DNA from: a virus
Lineage: Duplodnaviria > Caudoviricetes
Length of the DNA stretch: 64,000 nt
Strand: one strand, 5' to 3'
IMG/VR virus record: IMGVR_UViG_2974766419_000001
Location: 8,659 to 72,658 of that record
Below are positions 45,709 through 54,273 of this stretch, in pieces. Under the pieces are notes generated by a model. That model made no database searches and was not told the DNA's origin. It worked only from the letters and a program-made list of their open reading frames with translations. Every line of letters begins with the position of its first letter. The stretch's first letter is position 1. Made by a program: the position numbers and the translations under genes.

Positions 45709-46563
45709 TCAGGCAGTCTTCTTGCGGCGGGCCGTGGCCTTCTTGGCCGGAGCCTTCTTCTGGATGGACGCCTCCAGCTTGGCCAGCAGGTCGGACACGT
45801 CGTCGATGGCCTTGCCGCTTTCGCTGGCCACCGTCGCGATCTCGTTGCCCTGCGCCTTGGCGGTGATCGCCTCGGACAGCTGCTCGGTGTAGCGGTCGGT
45901 GTAGGCGGTCGGGTCCCAGTCGCCGGTCATCGACTCCACCACCGACGCCATGACCGGCAGCAGGCGCGGGTCGATGTCGTCCTCGGTCACGTTGGTCGGC
46001 ACGATCCCTTCGGTGGAGCGCAACTCGTCGGCCCACATCATGTTGCGGATGACCAGCACACCGCCGTCGTCGCTCGGCTCCACGTCGAGCACGCCCAGCC
46101 GGTTGCGCCCCCAGCGGGTGTACTGCACGACGCCGACCAGCTCTTGGCTGACCAGGATGTGCCGCACCATCAGGTAGGTGGTGGCGGCCTGGCGTCCACG
46201 CTTCGGATCGGGAACCAGCCGGTAGACGTTTTCGTTGGCGAACAGCATCGGGTTGATCTGCTCGGCCTTGACGAACTGGGGCACCTCCAGCGCGGCGCCG
46301 GTGGCCGCGGCGATGCTGGCCAGCTCGTCGGCGGTGAGGATCACGATGTCGCCGCCCTCTTCGAAGCCCTTGGCGATGTCGGCGGTCGGCACCACCTCGC
46401 CGCAGTCTTCGCACAGCTTGGGCATCTTGATCTTGCCGAAGTTGCCGTCTTCGTGGGGGTGGTACATCGAGGCTTTGCGGTCGTGGCTTTCGCTGACGCC
46501 GACCATCTTGACCGGCACGGTGACCAGGCCGATGGTGAGGTCGACGTTTCCTACTGAGCGCAT
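45709..46563 (-). CDS. ku: Ku-like DNA end-binding protein
   Basis: LTIGLVTVPVKM, IAKGFE, YTDRYTEQL, DDVSDLLAKLEASI and a basic tail. Confidence 0.93.
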   Translation of the reverse strand: MRSVGNVDLTIGLVTVPVKMVGVSESHDRKASMYHPHEDGNFGKIKMPKLCEDCGEVVPTADIAKGFEEGGDIVILTADELASIAAATGAALEVPQFVKAEQINPMLFANENVYRLVPDPKRGRQAATTYLMVRHILVSQELVGVVQYTRWGRNRLGVLDVEPSDDGGVLVIRNMMWADELRSTEGIVPTNVTEDDIDPRLLPVMASVVESMTGDWDPTAYTDRYTEQLSEAITAKAQGNEIATVASESGKAIDDVSDLLAKLEASIQKKAPAKKATARRKKTA

Positions 46564-46595
46564 CTCGTCTCCTTCTCTCTTTTCGTGGGGTGGGG

Positions 46596-46612
46596 TGTTC
46601 GGTTTCCGAACA
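46596..46612. repeat. 17-bp palindrome
   Basis: TGTTCGG-TTT-CCGAACA. Confidence 0.95.
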
Positions 46613-46616
46613 GGTC

Positions 46617-46844
46617 TTACAGGCAGTCGCCGGAGATGAGTCCGTTTGGTGCCGGGAATGATTTGAGCTGTGGCTGGCCGATGGCGGCGTCCACTTCTCG
46701 GAACGCCGCCACCAGCCGGTCGATCGCTGCGTACTGACACGCCAGCTCGTCGGGTGTGTAGCCCTCCTGAAGGTCGGCCGGTGGCGCTTCGAGGATTCGT
46801 AGGGCTTGCCGTCCGCGGGTCAGTGCGTCAGCGAGGTCGGGCAT
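46617..46844 (-). CDS. hypothetical protein
   Basis: MPDLADAL..., RBS GGAAGG. Confidence 0.6.
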   Translation of the reverse strand: MPDLADALTRGRQALRILEAPPADLQEGYTPDELACQYAAIDRLVAAFREVDAAIGQPQLKSFPAPNGLISGDCL

Positions 46845-46851
46845 CGTGGGG

Positions 46852-47127
46852 TTACCTTCCTTCCGTGGCGAGCTGGCCACGTCGTCGTGCTTGCTGATAG
46901 GTGCGGGACCATTCACGGCACTTGTCACAGCTGCACCTGTAGTAGGTGCTGCCGGTGGATGTGCCATGCAGGTGTGCGGGGATGCCGCGGGCGATGGCTC
47001 GCCGTCGCGACTCGGAGCGTTGCTGCATCTTGCGCTCGGCGCGGCACTTGTCCGAGCACAGTTCGGTGGGTCGGCCTCGGCCTATCGGCTCCTTGATGGG
47101 TGTGCCGCAGACCAGGCATGTTCTCAT
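46852..47127 (-). CDS. zinc-finger protein
   Basis: CLVCG...GRPTELCSDKCR and HGT...CSCDKC. Confidence 0.75.
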   Translation of the reverse strand: MRTCLVCGTPIKEPIGRGRPTELCSDKCRAERKMQQRSESRRRAIARGIPAHLHGTSTGSTYYRCSCDKCREWSRTYQQARRRGQLATEGR

Positions 47128-47152
47128 GGCTGGGTCCTTTCGTGTCGTAGGG

Positions 47153-47169
47153 TGTTCGGTTTCCGAACA
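47153..47169. repeat. 17-bp palindrome
   Basis: TGTTCGG-TTT-CCGAACA. Confidence 0.95.
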
Positions 47170-47231
47170 GGGGCTCGCCGGGGCGGAGAGAGAGGTACGC
47201 CCCGGCGAGCTGTCCTCAACCTTCAACTACT

Positions 47232-47260
47232 ATTTTACTCTTGTTGAAGGCTTATGTCAA
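47232..47260 (-). promoter_or_regulatory. SigA-type promoter (family copy)
   Basis: TTGACA-17 bp-TAAAAT on the minus strand. Confidence 0.85.
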
Positions 47261-47303
47261 GAGGGTCTAATCTCCTGACCCTCCGGCGTGCTTCCAGCGT
47301 CGG

Positions 47304-48812
47304 TCACGCCAGCTCCTCCAAGCACTCAGCCTGCGTCATCTCACCGATCATCACCTTCTCGATCGGCGACAACCCATAGCCATGCTCGGCCAGGAACCGC
47401 AGGTACTTCTCGGTCCAGCCGCCCGGCGAACGCCACGCCGACTTCGGTGTCTGCGCCTCGATCGCGCCCAGCGTCAAGCCCAGCACCACCACCTGAGCAC
47501 GGCCATCCGACGCGTGATCGAGCAGCACACCCGAGCGAACCTCGGCACCGAGCAGCTCCCCGGCCACCTCGTCACCGCGGTGCGAACCGAGCAGCGTGCC
47601 GTCCTGCGTCAGCACCTCCGCAACAAACCGAGCAGCGCCCTCCGGTGGAGTTTTCCGCTTCAGCAGCGACGCCACGAACTCACGCCGCACCGCCATCGCC
47701 GCGTCGCCCGCCTTGTTCAAGGCCACCACCCGCTTGCGCTCATCGCGGGCCTTCGCCTTCTCGGCCAGCTCCTCCGATGATTCCAGCTTGGAACCCTCCG
47801 GCAGCTGCGCAGCCGCCGCCGCCAACTTCTTGTACCGATCCGACACGATCAGCCCAGCGGCCTCCAGGTCGATGCAGAAATACTCCTGCGGCACCCACAC
47901 CGGCACCTCGGTCACCGTGTCGGCGTGCAGCTTGCCCTCCTCGGGCACCGCCTCAGGGTCACCCTCGGTCGACCAGTCCACCGTGGTCTCATCGATCACC
48001 TCGCCCTCGGCGTTGTGAAACTCGGTGTCCTCGGTGATCGTCACCGCCCAGTGCTTCGGATCGGTCACCACCGACTCGTCCACCTGCGCGCCCTCAGGGG
48101 TACGCAGGTGCGACATCGGCACATGCACCCCGTCGTAGCTGGGGTACTCATCCAGCACCTCATAGCCCAGCTCGGCCCACTGCGCTTTCGCCGCCTCCTT
48201 CGCCTCGGCCTCGGCGCGCAGCTGACGCTGCCGCTGCAGCTCGTGCTCGAAGTAGTTGCGGCCAGCGGCCCGCATCAGCCGCTCCACCGCCACCACGTCG
48301 TCGGCGAACTCAGCGATACCCGCAGCCTCGGCCAGCGTCGCACCCTCGGTCAGGCTTTCCATCGCCAGACTCGACTCCGACACCGCCTTGGCGTGCTTCA
48401 CCTTCTCCGACGACACCGACAGCCGCTTGGCAACCTTGGTCACCGACAGCCCGGCGTCGAGCAGCATCTGAATGCCCTTCACCCGGTCGGGCTCGCCCAG
48501 CTCCAGCCGCTGATCGTTCTCGGTGATCTGCTGCACCAGCCGGGTCGCCGTGTCCAGCTCAGCCGGGATCACATACACCGGCACCTCTGCCAGCTCAGCC
48601 TCCCGCGCTGCAAGGGTGCGACGCTGGCCGGCACGGACATGCAGCACTCCGTCCTCGCCGCGCACCGCGGTGATCGGCACGATGACGCCGTTCTCCTTGA
48701 TGCTGGCGACGAACTGCTTGGTCAGGCTCGCCTCGGTGCGGACGTTGGCCTCCAGCACCAGCTCATTGGGGTCGACGTGCATCAGCTCGCCGCCCGTCAC
48801 AGTCTCGGTCAT
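47304..48812 (-). CDS. ParB-like protein
   Basis: ANVR, SIKENGVIVPI, AGQRRTLAA, ENDQR, then HTH LSVTKVAKRLSVS. Confidence 0.88.
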   Translation of the reverse strand: MTETVTGGELMHVDPNELVLEANVRTEASLTKQFVASIKENGVIVPITAVRGEDGVLHVRAGQRRTLAAREAELAEVPVYVIPAELDTATRLVQQITENDQRLELGEPDRVKGIQMLLDAGLSVTKVAKRLSVSSEKVKHAKAVSESSLAMESLTEGATLAEAAGIAEFADDVVAVERLMRAAGRNYFEHELQRQRQLRAEAEAKEAAKAQWAELGYEVLDEYPSYDGVHVPMSHLRTPEGAQVDESVVTDPKHWAVTITEDTEFHNAEGEVIDETTVDWSTEGDPEAVPEEGKLHADTVTEVPVWVPQEYFCIDLEAAGLIVSDRYKKLAAAAAQLPEGSKLESSEELAEKAKARDERKRVVALNKAGDAAMAVRREFVASLLKRKTPPEGAARFVAEVLTQDGTLLGSHRGDEVAGELLGAEVRSGVLLDHASDGRAQVVVLGLTLGAIEAQTPKSAWRSPGGWTEKYLRFLAEHGYGLSPIEKVMIGEMTQAECLEELA

Positions 48813-49147
48813 GAGTGTTCTCCTTCTTTCGTGGGGATGGTGTAATCGTTTTCGGTCAGCCACCAGCCGGTTTCCTCCAGGAGGGTGTCGATCACCAGCT
48901 GACCATCTTCGGAACTTTCGAAGCCCTCACCGCAGCAGGGGCAGGTCGCGTCGAGCCCGAACCTCTTCGCAACCTCCTCTGGGCACGCCCAGCGCACCCA
49001 GTCGTGCTTGGCCGCGGGGAACACGAACTGCGGCGTCATCCACGGCAACAGCTTGGACAGGTCCCGCCGGTCGTTCGGGTTGCGGACCCTCAAGACCGCG
49101 GTCGGTGCCTCGTCGGGGCGGTCCCGGCGCTGCAATGTCAGGCCCAT
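48809..49147 (-). CDS. hypothetical protein
   Basis: MGLTLQRR..., CPCC motif. Confidence 0.7.
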   Translation of the reverse strand: MGLTLQRRDRPDEAPTAVLRVRNPNDRRDLSKLLPWMTPQFVFPAAKHDWVRWACPEEVAKRFGLDATCPCCGEGFESSEDGQLVIDTLLEETGWWLTENDYTIPTKEGEHS

Positions 49148-49172
49148 AGGCCACTTCCTTTCTTTCGTGGGG

Positions 49173-49189
49173 TGTTCGGAATCCGAACA
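49173..49189. repeat. 17-bp palindrome
   Basis: TGTTCGG-AAT-CCGAACA. Confidence 0.95.
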
Positions 49190-49190
49190 C

Positions 49191-49640
49191 TCAGTGTTCA
49201 AGGTGGGAGAACCGGTGCTGCACCCGGTCCACCAGCAGATCGTGCGGCTTCACCTCGAAGTCGAGCAGCACCCTGGCGAAGTCCAGTGTCTGCACTTCGG
49301 CCACGCGGGCCAGCTCAGCCAGCTTGACCAGCACGTCCTTCATCTCCGTGGTATCGGCGGGCTGAAGCATCTCGTACAGCTTCCGGCTGAATCCAACCCA
49401 CGGCCCAGCCGACATCCGCTGATACAGTCCGGCCTGCCAGCGATTCCACGCGAACTCCGCCTGGCTGAAGGTGGGACCGCCGAGCTTCCGGGGATACACC
49501 CTGCGTGGCTTCACCTCCTCTGTCGCCCCGATCATCTCGCTGGTGTCCCACCTCCACGGATGGCCCTCAGGCAGGGCGATCATCCCCGCGAAGTAGAACG
49601 GCAAGGGCTCCGGCCAGTTGATCACCCTGCCCATCAGCAT
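49191..49640 (-). CDS. hypothetical protein (true start uncertain)
   Basis: Frame stays open to 49745, with protein-like sequence upstream of the first ATG. Confidence 0.65.
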   Translation of the reverse strand: MLMGRVINWPEPLPFYFAGMIALPEGHPWRWDTSEMIGATEEVKPRRVYPRKLGGPTFSQAEFAWNRWQAGLYQRMSAGPWVGFSRKLYEMLQPADTTEMKDVLVKLAELARVAEVQTLDFARVLLDFEVKPHDLLVDRVQHRFSHLEH

Positions 49641-49745
49641 CCAATCGATGTCGCTCGAATCAGCGTTGCGGAGGGTGCCCTTGGCAAAGAGGGTCCAGTC
49701 TTTGCCGAAGTAGGACTCGAACTCGCGCTTCGTGTCGATGGTTCG

Positions 49746-50087
49746 TCACCCCCTCGGATGCCAGGTCTGCCCGCCGTCGTGGCTGTGAATGCCGGTCGCG
49801 ACGACCTTCTTGTCGACGGCACGGCCCGCCAGCCGTTCAGCCTGGGCGATGGCCTGACGTGCGCTGTGCGAGCCGCTGGTCATGATGCGGCGGTACACGC
49901 AGGCGTCGGTGATACCAGCCCGCACGTCCTCAGGGATGTTGAGGAACGTCACGGCACCCTGCGGGCCGACCTTCACCTTGACCCGCCCGGCGGCGAGCAG
50001 CCGGTCGATTTCCTGCCCGGCCTTGCGCACCTCGGCGGCGCGTTCGGACACGGTTTGGCCCTTCTTGAGCACGGTGTCACATGGCAT
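49746..50087 (-). CDS. hypothetical protein in AAA operon
   Basis: 113 aa with an N-terminal Cys and HSHDGG near the end. Confidence 0.75.
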   Translation of the reverse strand: MPCDTVLKKGQTVSERAAEVRKAGQEIDRLLAAGRVKVKVGPQGAVTFLNIPEDVRAGITDACVYRRIMTSGSHSARQAIAQAERLAGRAVDKKVVATGIHSHDGGQTWHPRG

Positions 50088-50126
50088 TTCGATCCTCCTT
50101 GATTTCCCAATACGTCATTGGTCCGA

Positions 50127-50930
50127 TCACACGACCTCCTCGAAGTCGAGTGCATACCCCGACGGCCGAACAACGGCCTCGGGCTCGGTCTCGGTGGGCT
50201 CGAAGTCGATGGCCCGACCAGTGTCGCGGAACGCCTCGACCTCCACGTCCTGGTCCACCTCGAAGTCGAGGAACGAGCTGCGGGCCAGGCCGATCATCTC
50301 GATGGCGTTGCGGTCGATTTCCACGGCCACCTGCTCACCGGCCGCGACGATCTTCTTGCACGCCTCGCGGGCCGCGTTGACCGCGAGCTTCACGTCGGCG
50401 TTGGCGTTCGGCGAGAGCATCTGCCCCACGTCGAGCGCCTTCGAGCACGCCGCGCGGACCTTCTTCACGTCCAGCTCTTTCAGGCCATCCTGCATCTGGG
50501 CCATGAACCGCTCAGTCTCGGAGAACAAGGCGCGGGCCGTGTTCACGTCGTCGGCGACGATCTCACCGCAGATGACGTTGACCTCCACCCGTGAGAACGC
50601 TGCCTTGGCGTTGAACTCTTCGACCATGCGCCGCGCCTCGGCGATGGCTGCGTGCAGCTCCTCGCGGCGCTCCATCGGGCACAGCGGGCCGTGCGCGGTG
50701 TCAGCGCACAGCCGGGTGATGAGGTAGCGGGCACGGTTGGCGACCTGCGACGCCTCCTTGGCCTCCTCGGGGTCGAACACGATCTTGGTGGTGTCCCACC
50801 GGCTGCGTTCCACGCCGCCCTCGGCGATGTGGGGGCGTTCGATTTCGCGCTTCTGGTAGGCGCGGTTGCCCGACTGGTGGGTCTTCAGCGACACCAGGAT
50901 GCCGGGCTTGAGGGATCGGATTTCGTTCAT
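50127..50930 (-). CDS. hypothetical helical protein in AAA operon
   Basis: 267 aa, strong RBS. Confidence 0.8.
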   Translation of the reverse strand: MNEIRSLKPGILVSLKTHQSGNRAYQKREIERPHIAEGGVERSRWDTTKIVFDPEEAKEASQVANRARYLITRLCADTAHGPLCPMERREELHAAIAEARRMVEEFNAKAAFSRVEVNVICGEIVADDVNTARALFSETERFMAQMQDGLKELDVKKVRAACSKALDVGQMLSPNANADVKLAVNAAREACKKIVAAGEQVAVEIDRNAIEMIGLARSSFLDFEVDQDVEVEAFRDTGRAIDFEPTETEPEAVVRPSGYALDFEEVV

Positions 50931-50963
50931 GGGACTCTCTCTCCTTCTCTCTCTGGGTGGGGG

Positions 50964-50980
50964 TGTTCGGTTTCCGAACA
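50964..50980. repeat. 17-bp palindrome
   Basis: TGTTCGG-TTT-CCGAACA. Confidence 0.95.
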
Positions 50981-51021
50981 GGGCCGAGGCGGTGAAACCC
51001 CAGCCCTGTTCGGCTTTCGTC

Positions 51022-52722
51022 CTACAGGTCGAGCACGCGGACCTTGGTCGGCCCGGCCGGCACGGCCTCGGTGTCGGGGCGGGTCGCCGGTCGCGCACGG
51101 CCCATCCACGACTCCCGCAGACGGGCGATCTTGTCGCCCATCGTCCGGTTCAGCGGGATCACCTCACCCGCGGCGTGCAGGATGTCCTCGGTGGTGATTT
51201 CGCGGCCACCGTCGGCGAACGCGTTGAACATCGCATCGTGCTCGATGCACGCGGCGATCTCAGCGCCGGTGAACCCGTTGGTGGCGTCGGCCACCGCGCC
51301 CAGGTCGATGCCCAACGTCTCGGCGTCGCGTCCGTTGCTGCGCAGTGTCGCCGCGGCCACCGACATGCGTTCGGCCCGCGTCGGCAGGTCGATCCACCAC
51401 ACCTCATCGAAGCGGCCCTTGCGCAGGAACTCCGGCGGCAGCTTCGACGGGTCGTTGGCCGTCATCATGACGAACGCCTGCCCGGCGCGGTCCTGCATCC
51501 AGGTGAGGATGGCACCGAGCGCGTCGGCCGACACGCCACCGTCGGCACTGCCCGACACCGCGCCTTCCAGCGCTTTCTCCACCTCGTCGATGTAGACGAT
51601 GACCTGGCCGAGCGCGTCGATCTTGGAGAAGATGCCGCGCAGCCTCGACTCCGACTCGCCGACGTACTTGCCTTTGAGCGCGTTGATGTCCAGCCGGACC
51701 ACCGGCCAGTTCCACTCGGCGCCCAACGCCTGGCAGGACAGGGTTTTGCCGCAGCCCGAGACGCCGATGAGCATCGCACCCTTGGGCAGCTTCAGATTGT
51801 AGGCCCGCGCCTCCGGTGAGTATGCGATCTTCTGCCGGATCGCCCACTCCTTGAACACGTCCAGCCCGCCCACGTTGTCGAAGCCACCCGGCCGCGGCGG
51901 GTAGTACTCCATCGCCGGCTCCTGGTCGATGAGCCGTTTCTTCTCGGCGGCGATCGCCGAGACGTCGATGCTGCCGTTTTCGATGAGCGACCGGGCGAAC
52001 GTGGTCTGCACCTCCTGTGAGGACAGGCCCACCGCGGCGTCGATGGCGGCGTCGCGGGTGTTGCCCTTCTTCAGCAGGTTGAGCACCCGGCGCTTCATCG
52101 GCTGCTCTTCGGTGTCGGGCAGCACGTCGACCGCGCCGGACAGAATCTCGCCGATCTCTTCACGGTCGGGCAGCGGCCAGTCGATGACGGTCAGCTCGCC
52201 GTTGGACAGCTCGGGCGGCGGCGGGTTGCCAGCGGACAGGATGATGATGGCCTGTGCCACGTTGCGCGGGGTGCCCGCCAGCCCGTCGGGTCGCAGCATG
52301 TTGCGCAGGCGGCGGCGGGTGAGCGCACCGGCTGCGCCTTCCAGCCACGGCCCCAGGTCGCGCATGATCCACACGTTGCGATCGGTGCGGGAGGTCGACT
52401 GCTTCGACCTCTTGTTGATGTCGTCGAGCATCTTGTCGGGGTCCTCGGGTGCGGCGTAGTCCACGTCGCCGCGGATGGCGGTGCCGTCGATTTTGAGCGC
52501 GCCGTTGGCGATGTCCCAGGTGTGCGGGATGTACCCGGCCTTGGCGATGGCGGTGAACAGGTCCTGCTCGGTGCGCGCCTCGTCTCGGCTGATGATCCAG
52601 AACCCGGCGCAGCGTGCCCTCAGCGCCAGCGTCACGTCTTCCATCGCCAGCTGGCTGCGGGTCTTCTTGGGGGTGTTCGGTTTCCGAACAGTGGCCACTC
52701 GCTTCTTGGGAGCGTCGGTCAT
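51022..52722 (-). CDS. AAA+ ATPase (Ycf46-like)
   Basis: Walker A GVSGCGKT, Walker B VYIDEVEK, SRH TANDPSKLPPEFLRKGRFDE. Confidence 0.93.
   Translation of the reverse strand: MTDAPKKRVATVRKPNTPKKTRSQLAMEDVTLALRARCAGFWIISRDEARTEQDLFTAIAKAGYIPHTWDIANGALKIDGTAIRGDVDYAAPEDPDKMLDDINKRSKQSTSRTDRNVWIMRDLGPWLEGAAGALTRRRLRNMLRPDGLAGTPRNVAQAIIILSAGNPPPPELSNGELTVIDWPLPDREEIGEILSGAVDVLPDTEEQPMKRRVLNLLKKGNTRDAAIDAAVGLSSQEVQTTFARSLIENGSIDVSAIAAEKKRLIDQEPAMEYYPPRPGGFDNVGGLDVFKEWAIRQKIAYSPEARAYNLKLPKGAMLIGVSGCGKTLSCQALGAEWNWPVVRLDINALKGKYVGESESRLRGIFSKIDALGQVIVYIDEVEKALEGAVSGSADGGVSADALGAILTWMQDRAGQAFVMMTANDPSKLPPEFLRKGRFDEVWWIDLPTRAERMSVAAATLRSNGRDAETLGIDLGAVADATNGFTGAEIAACIEHDAMFNAFADGGREITTEDILHAAGEVIPLNRTMGDKIARLRESWMGRARPATRPDTEAVPAGPTKVRVLDL
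52674..52690. repeat. 17-bp palindrome
   Basis: TGTTCGG-TTT-CCGAACA, inside the ATPase 5' end. Confidence 0.95.
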
Positions 52723-52754
52723 GGTCTCTCTTTCTCTCTCTCGTGGGGTGGAGG

Positions 52755-52771
52755 TGTTCGGTTTCCGAACA
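52755..52771. repeat. 17-bp palindrome
   Basis: TGTTCGG-TTT-CCGAACA. Confidence 0.95.
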
Positions 52772-52805
52772 CCCGACTGGAGGCCCAGTTCGACCTCCAA
52801 CAACT

Positions 52806-52834
52806 ATTCTACTCTTGACAGGGGCTAATGTCAA
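52806..52834 (-). promoter_or_regulatory. SigA-type promoter with overlapping inverted repeat
   Basis: TTGACA-17-TAGAAT on minus. CTTGACA-N8-TGTCAAG at 52814-52835. Confidence 0.9.
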
Positions 52835-52852
52835 GGGGTATGACGCATCTGG

Positions 52853-53134
52853 TCATGGAACTCCATTGCGCAGGACGATCCGCCTGAGAGTTCGAACCAG
52901 ACGGTCATTGATTCTGCACCGCCTCCGCGTAACCTCCCGCCAATCCCGGCAACTGAACGTCCACGTCGACTCCAGGTACGGCACAGGTCGGCCCGCATGG
53001 GAGATGGTCTTCGCCAACACCTGTGCTTCGCCGATGGCGGTGATTTCGATGATCGTTTCGCCATAGCCCTCGTCGCCGGCGAGTCGGGTTCCGACCTTCC
53101 AGCCGTTCTTCCGTGCAGTGTCTGCGTCGCTCAT
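52853..53134 (-). CDS. hypothetical protein
   Basis: 93-aa coupled ORF (GWKVGTRLAGDEG). Confidence 0.75.
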   Translation of the reverse strand: MSDADTARKNGWKVGTRLAGDEGYGETIIEITAIGEAQVLAKTISHAGRPVPYLESTWTFSCRDWREVTRRRCRINDRLVRTLRRIVLRNGVP

Positions 53135-53412
53135 GCCTCCACCGCCTCGACCTGTGGCAGCGCCTCGACCTGCGAGTAGTCGCCGTCGACCGGCTCGACG
53201 TGGATCACCGACCCGTAAGGGAGCACGATCTCCTGCGGATCGTTGGCACCGTATCCGAGTCGGACGCGATCCTTGAACGCGATCACCAGCATCAGTTCGG
53301 CCGTCACGACCGTCTCGACGCCCTTCGCCGCGTCCCAGACGCGGAGCCGGATCGTCTTACCGATGTCGGCCGCGCGGAGGTTCTCGACCTGCACGAACGT
53401 GTTCTGCTTCAC
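53131..53412 (-). CDS. hypothetical protein
   Basis: GTGA-coupled start. Confidence 0.7.
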   Translation of the reverse strand: MKQNTFVQVENLRAADIGKTIRLRVWDAAKGVETVVTAELMLVIAFKDRVRLGYGANDPQEIVLPYGSVIHVEPVDGDYSQVEALPQVEAVEA

Positions 53413-53570
53413 CACTTCATTCCCTCGCACTCGCAGCCCTCGATCTTGCACGGTCCGGAGTTGGGCCGGTGATCACTCCGGAAGTGCCCATCCATGCCGT
53501 GCGTCCACGTCCACGGTCCTTCGGTGACGCCTTCCAGTGCTGCTTTCGCGCGCTCCACAACGTCGCTCAT
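53409..53570 (-). CDS. hypothetical protein (53 aa)
   Basis: Hand translation MSDVVERAKAALEGVTEGPWTWTHGMDGH...CECEGMKW. Confidence 0.65.
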   Translation of the reverse strand: MSDVVERAKAALEGVTEGPWTWTHGMDGHFRSDHRPNSGPCKIEGCECEGMKW

Positions 53571-53833
53571 CGCTCCAGCTCCTCAGTGGTGTAGATGAGC
53601 TTGGCGGTGTCGCATGGCCAATCGACCTCGCAGTGTTCGCATACGCGGTCTCTGAGTCGGCAGTCCTCTCCGCTGCAGCAGGCGTTGATGCAGTTGCTCC
53701 ACCGAGGGCGGTGCAGTTCGCGGATCGGCTTCAACACCTCGCGGGCAGCAACAACAAGGTCTCTATTGGGCGTCGGGTATGCGTAAACCAGCTTCATAAC
53801 CCGTGTCGCAGCTTCTACTGCTGGATCACTCAC
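53567..53833 (-). CDS. hypothetical Cys-rich protein
   Basis: IRELH...CEHCEVDWPCDTA. Confidence 0.75.
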   Translation of the reverse strand: MSDPAVEAATRVMKLVYAYPTPNRDLVVAAREVLKPIRELHRPRWSNCINACCSGEDCRLRDRVCEHCEVDWPCDTAKLIYTTEELER

Positions 53834-54207
53834 ACTTCCTCCTCGGTTACAGCCGCAGCAGCAGCGAGAAGAGCAGCGGCGAGGCGGGTCGCGGTCTCTA
53901 CCCGCATGGCGGCGACCGTGTCGCCATCCTCAAGAACCACCCCAACATCTGTCTCGGCGACCACATAGGACTCGTCCACTGTCCAGGCGTTGCGTGTCGA
54001 CCATCCACGGTCGACTTCGGGTAGTTCTACTAGCTCGATACGAGCTGCCCGAAGCGCTTCTTGAATCACCACGCTCAGATGCTTCTCGTGGGCAACCGCG
54101 TCATACTTGCGCGGGCCTTCACCGCAAAGGCACCCCGAACCCATTAACGGGTGCATGGAGATAGTGCTTCCGATGACGGCGTTCACTCGGCTATTCGGCG
54201 TTGTCAT
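53830..54207 (-). CDS. hypothetical protein
   Basis: 125 aa after the palindrome and start-associated motif. Confidence 0.7.
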   Translation of the reverse strand: MTTPNSRVNAVIGSTISMHPLMGSGCLCGEGPRKYDAVAHEKHLSVVIQEALRAARIELVELPEVDRGWSTRNAWTVDESYVVAETDVGVVLEDGDTVAAMRVETATRLAAALLAAAAAVTEEEV

Positions 54208-54230
54208 TTCTCCCCTTTCTTCTCGTGGGG

Positions 54231-54247
54231 TGTTCGGATTCCGAATA
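54231..54247. repeat. 17-bp palindrome, variant
   Basis: TGTTCGG-ATT-CCGAATA. Confidence 0.85.
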
Positions 54248-54273
54248 GGTTTCTAGTACTGAACTTTCCCCGT

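Noticed and set aside
42186-52803. Longer upstream starts from the ORF track for clamp (43469), SPFH (44715), Ku (46740) and AAA (52803)
   Set aside because: These extensions run through palindromes, RBS tracts or neighbouring genes. Starts directly after the purine-rich RBS or coupled to the upstream stop were preferred.
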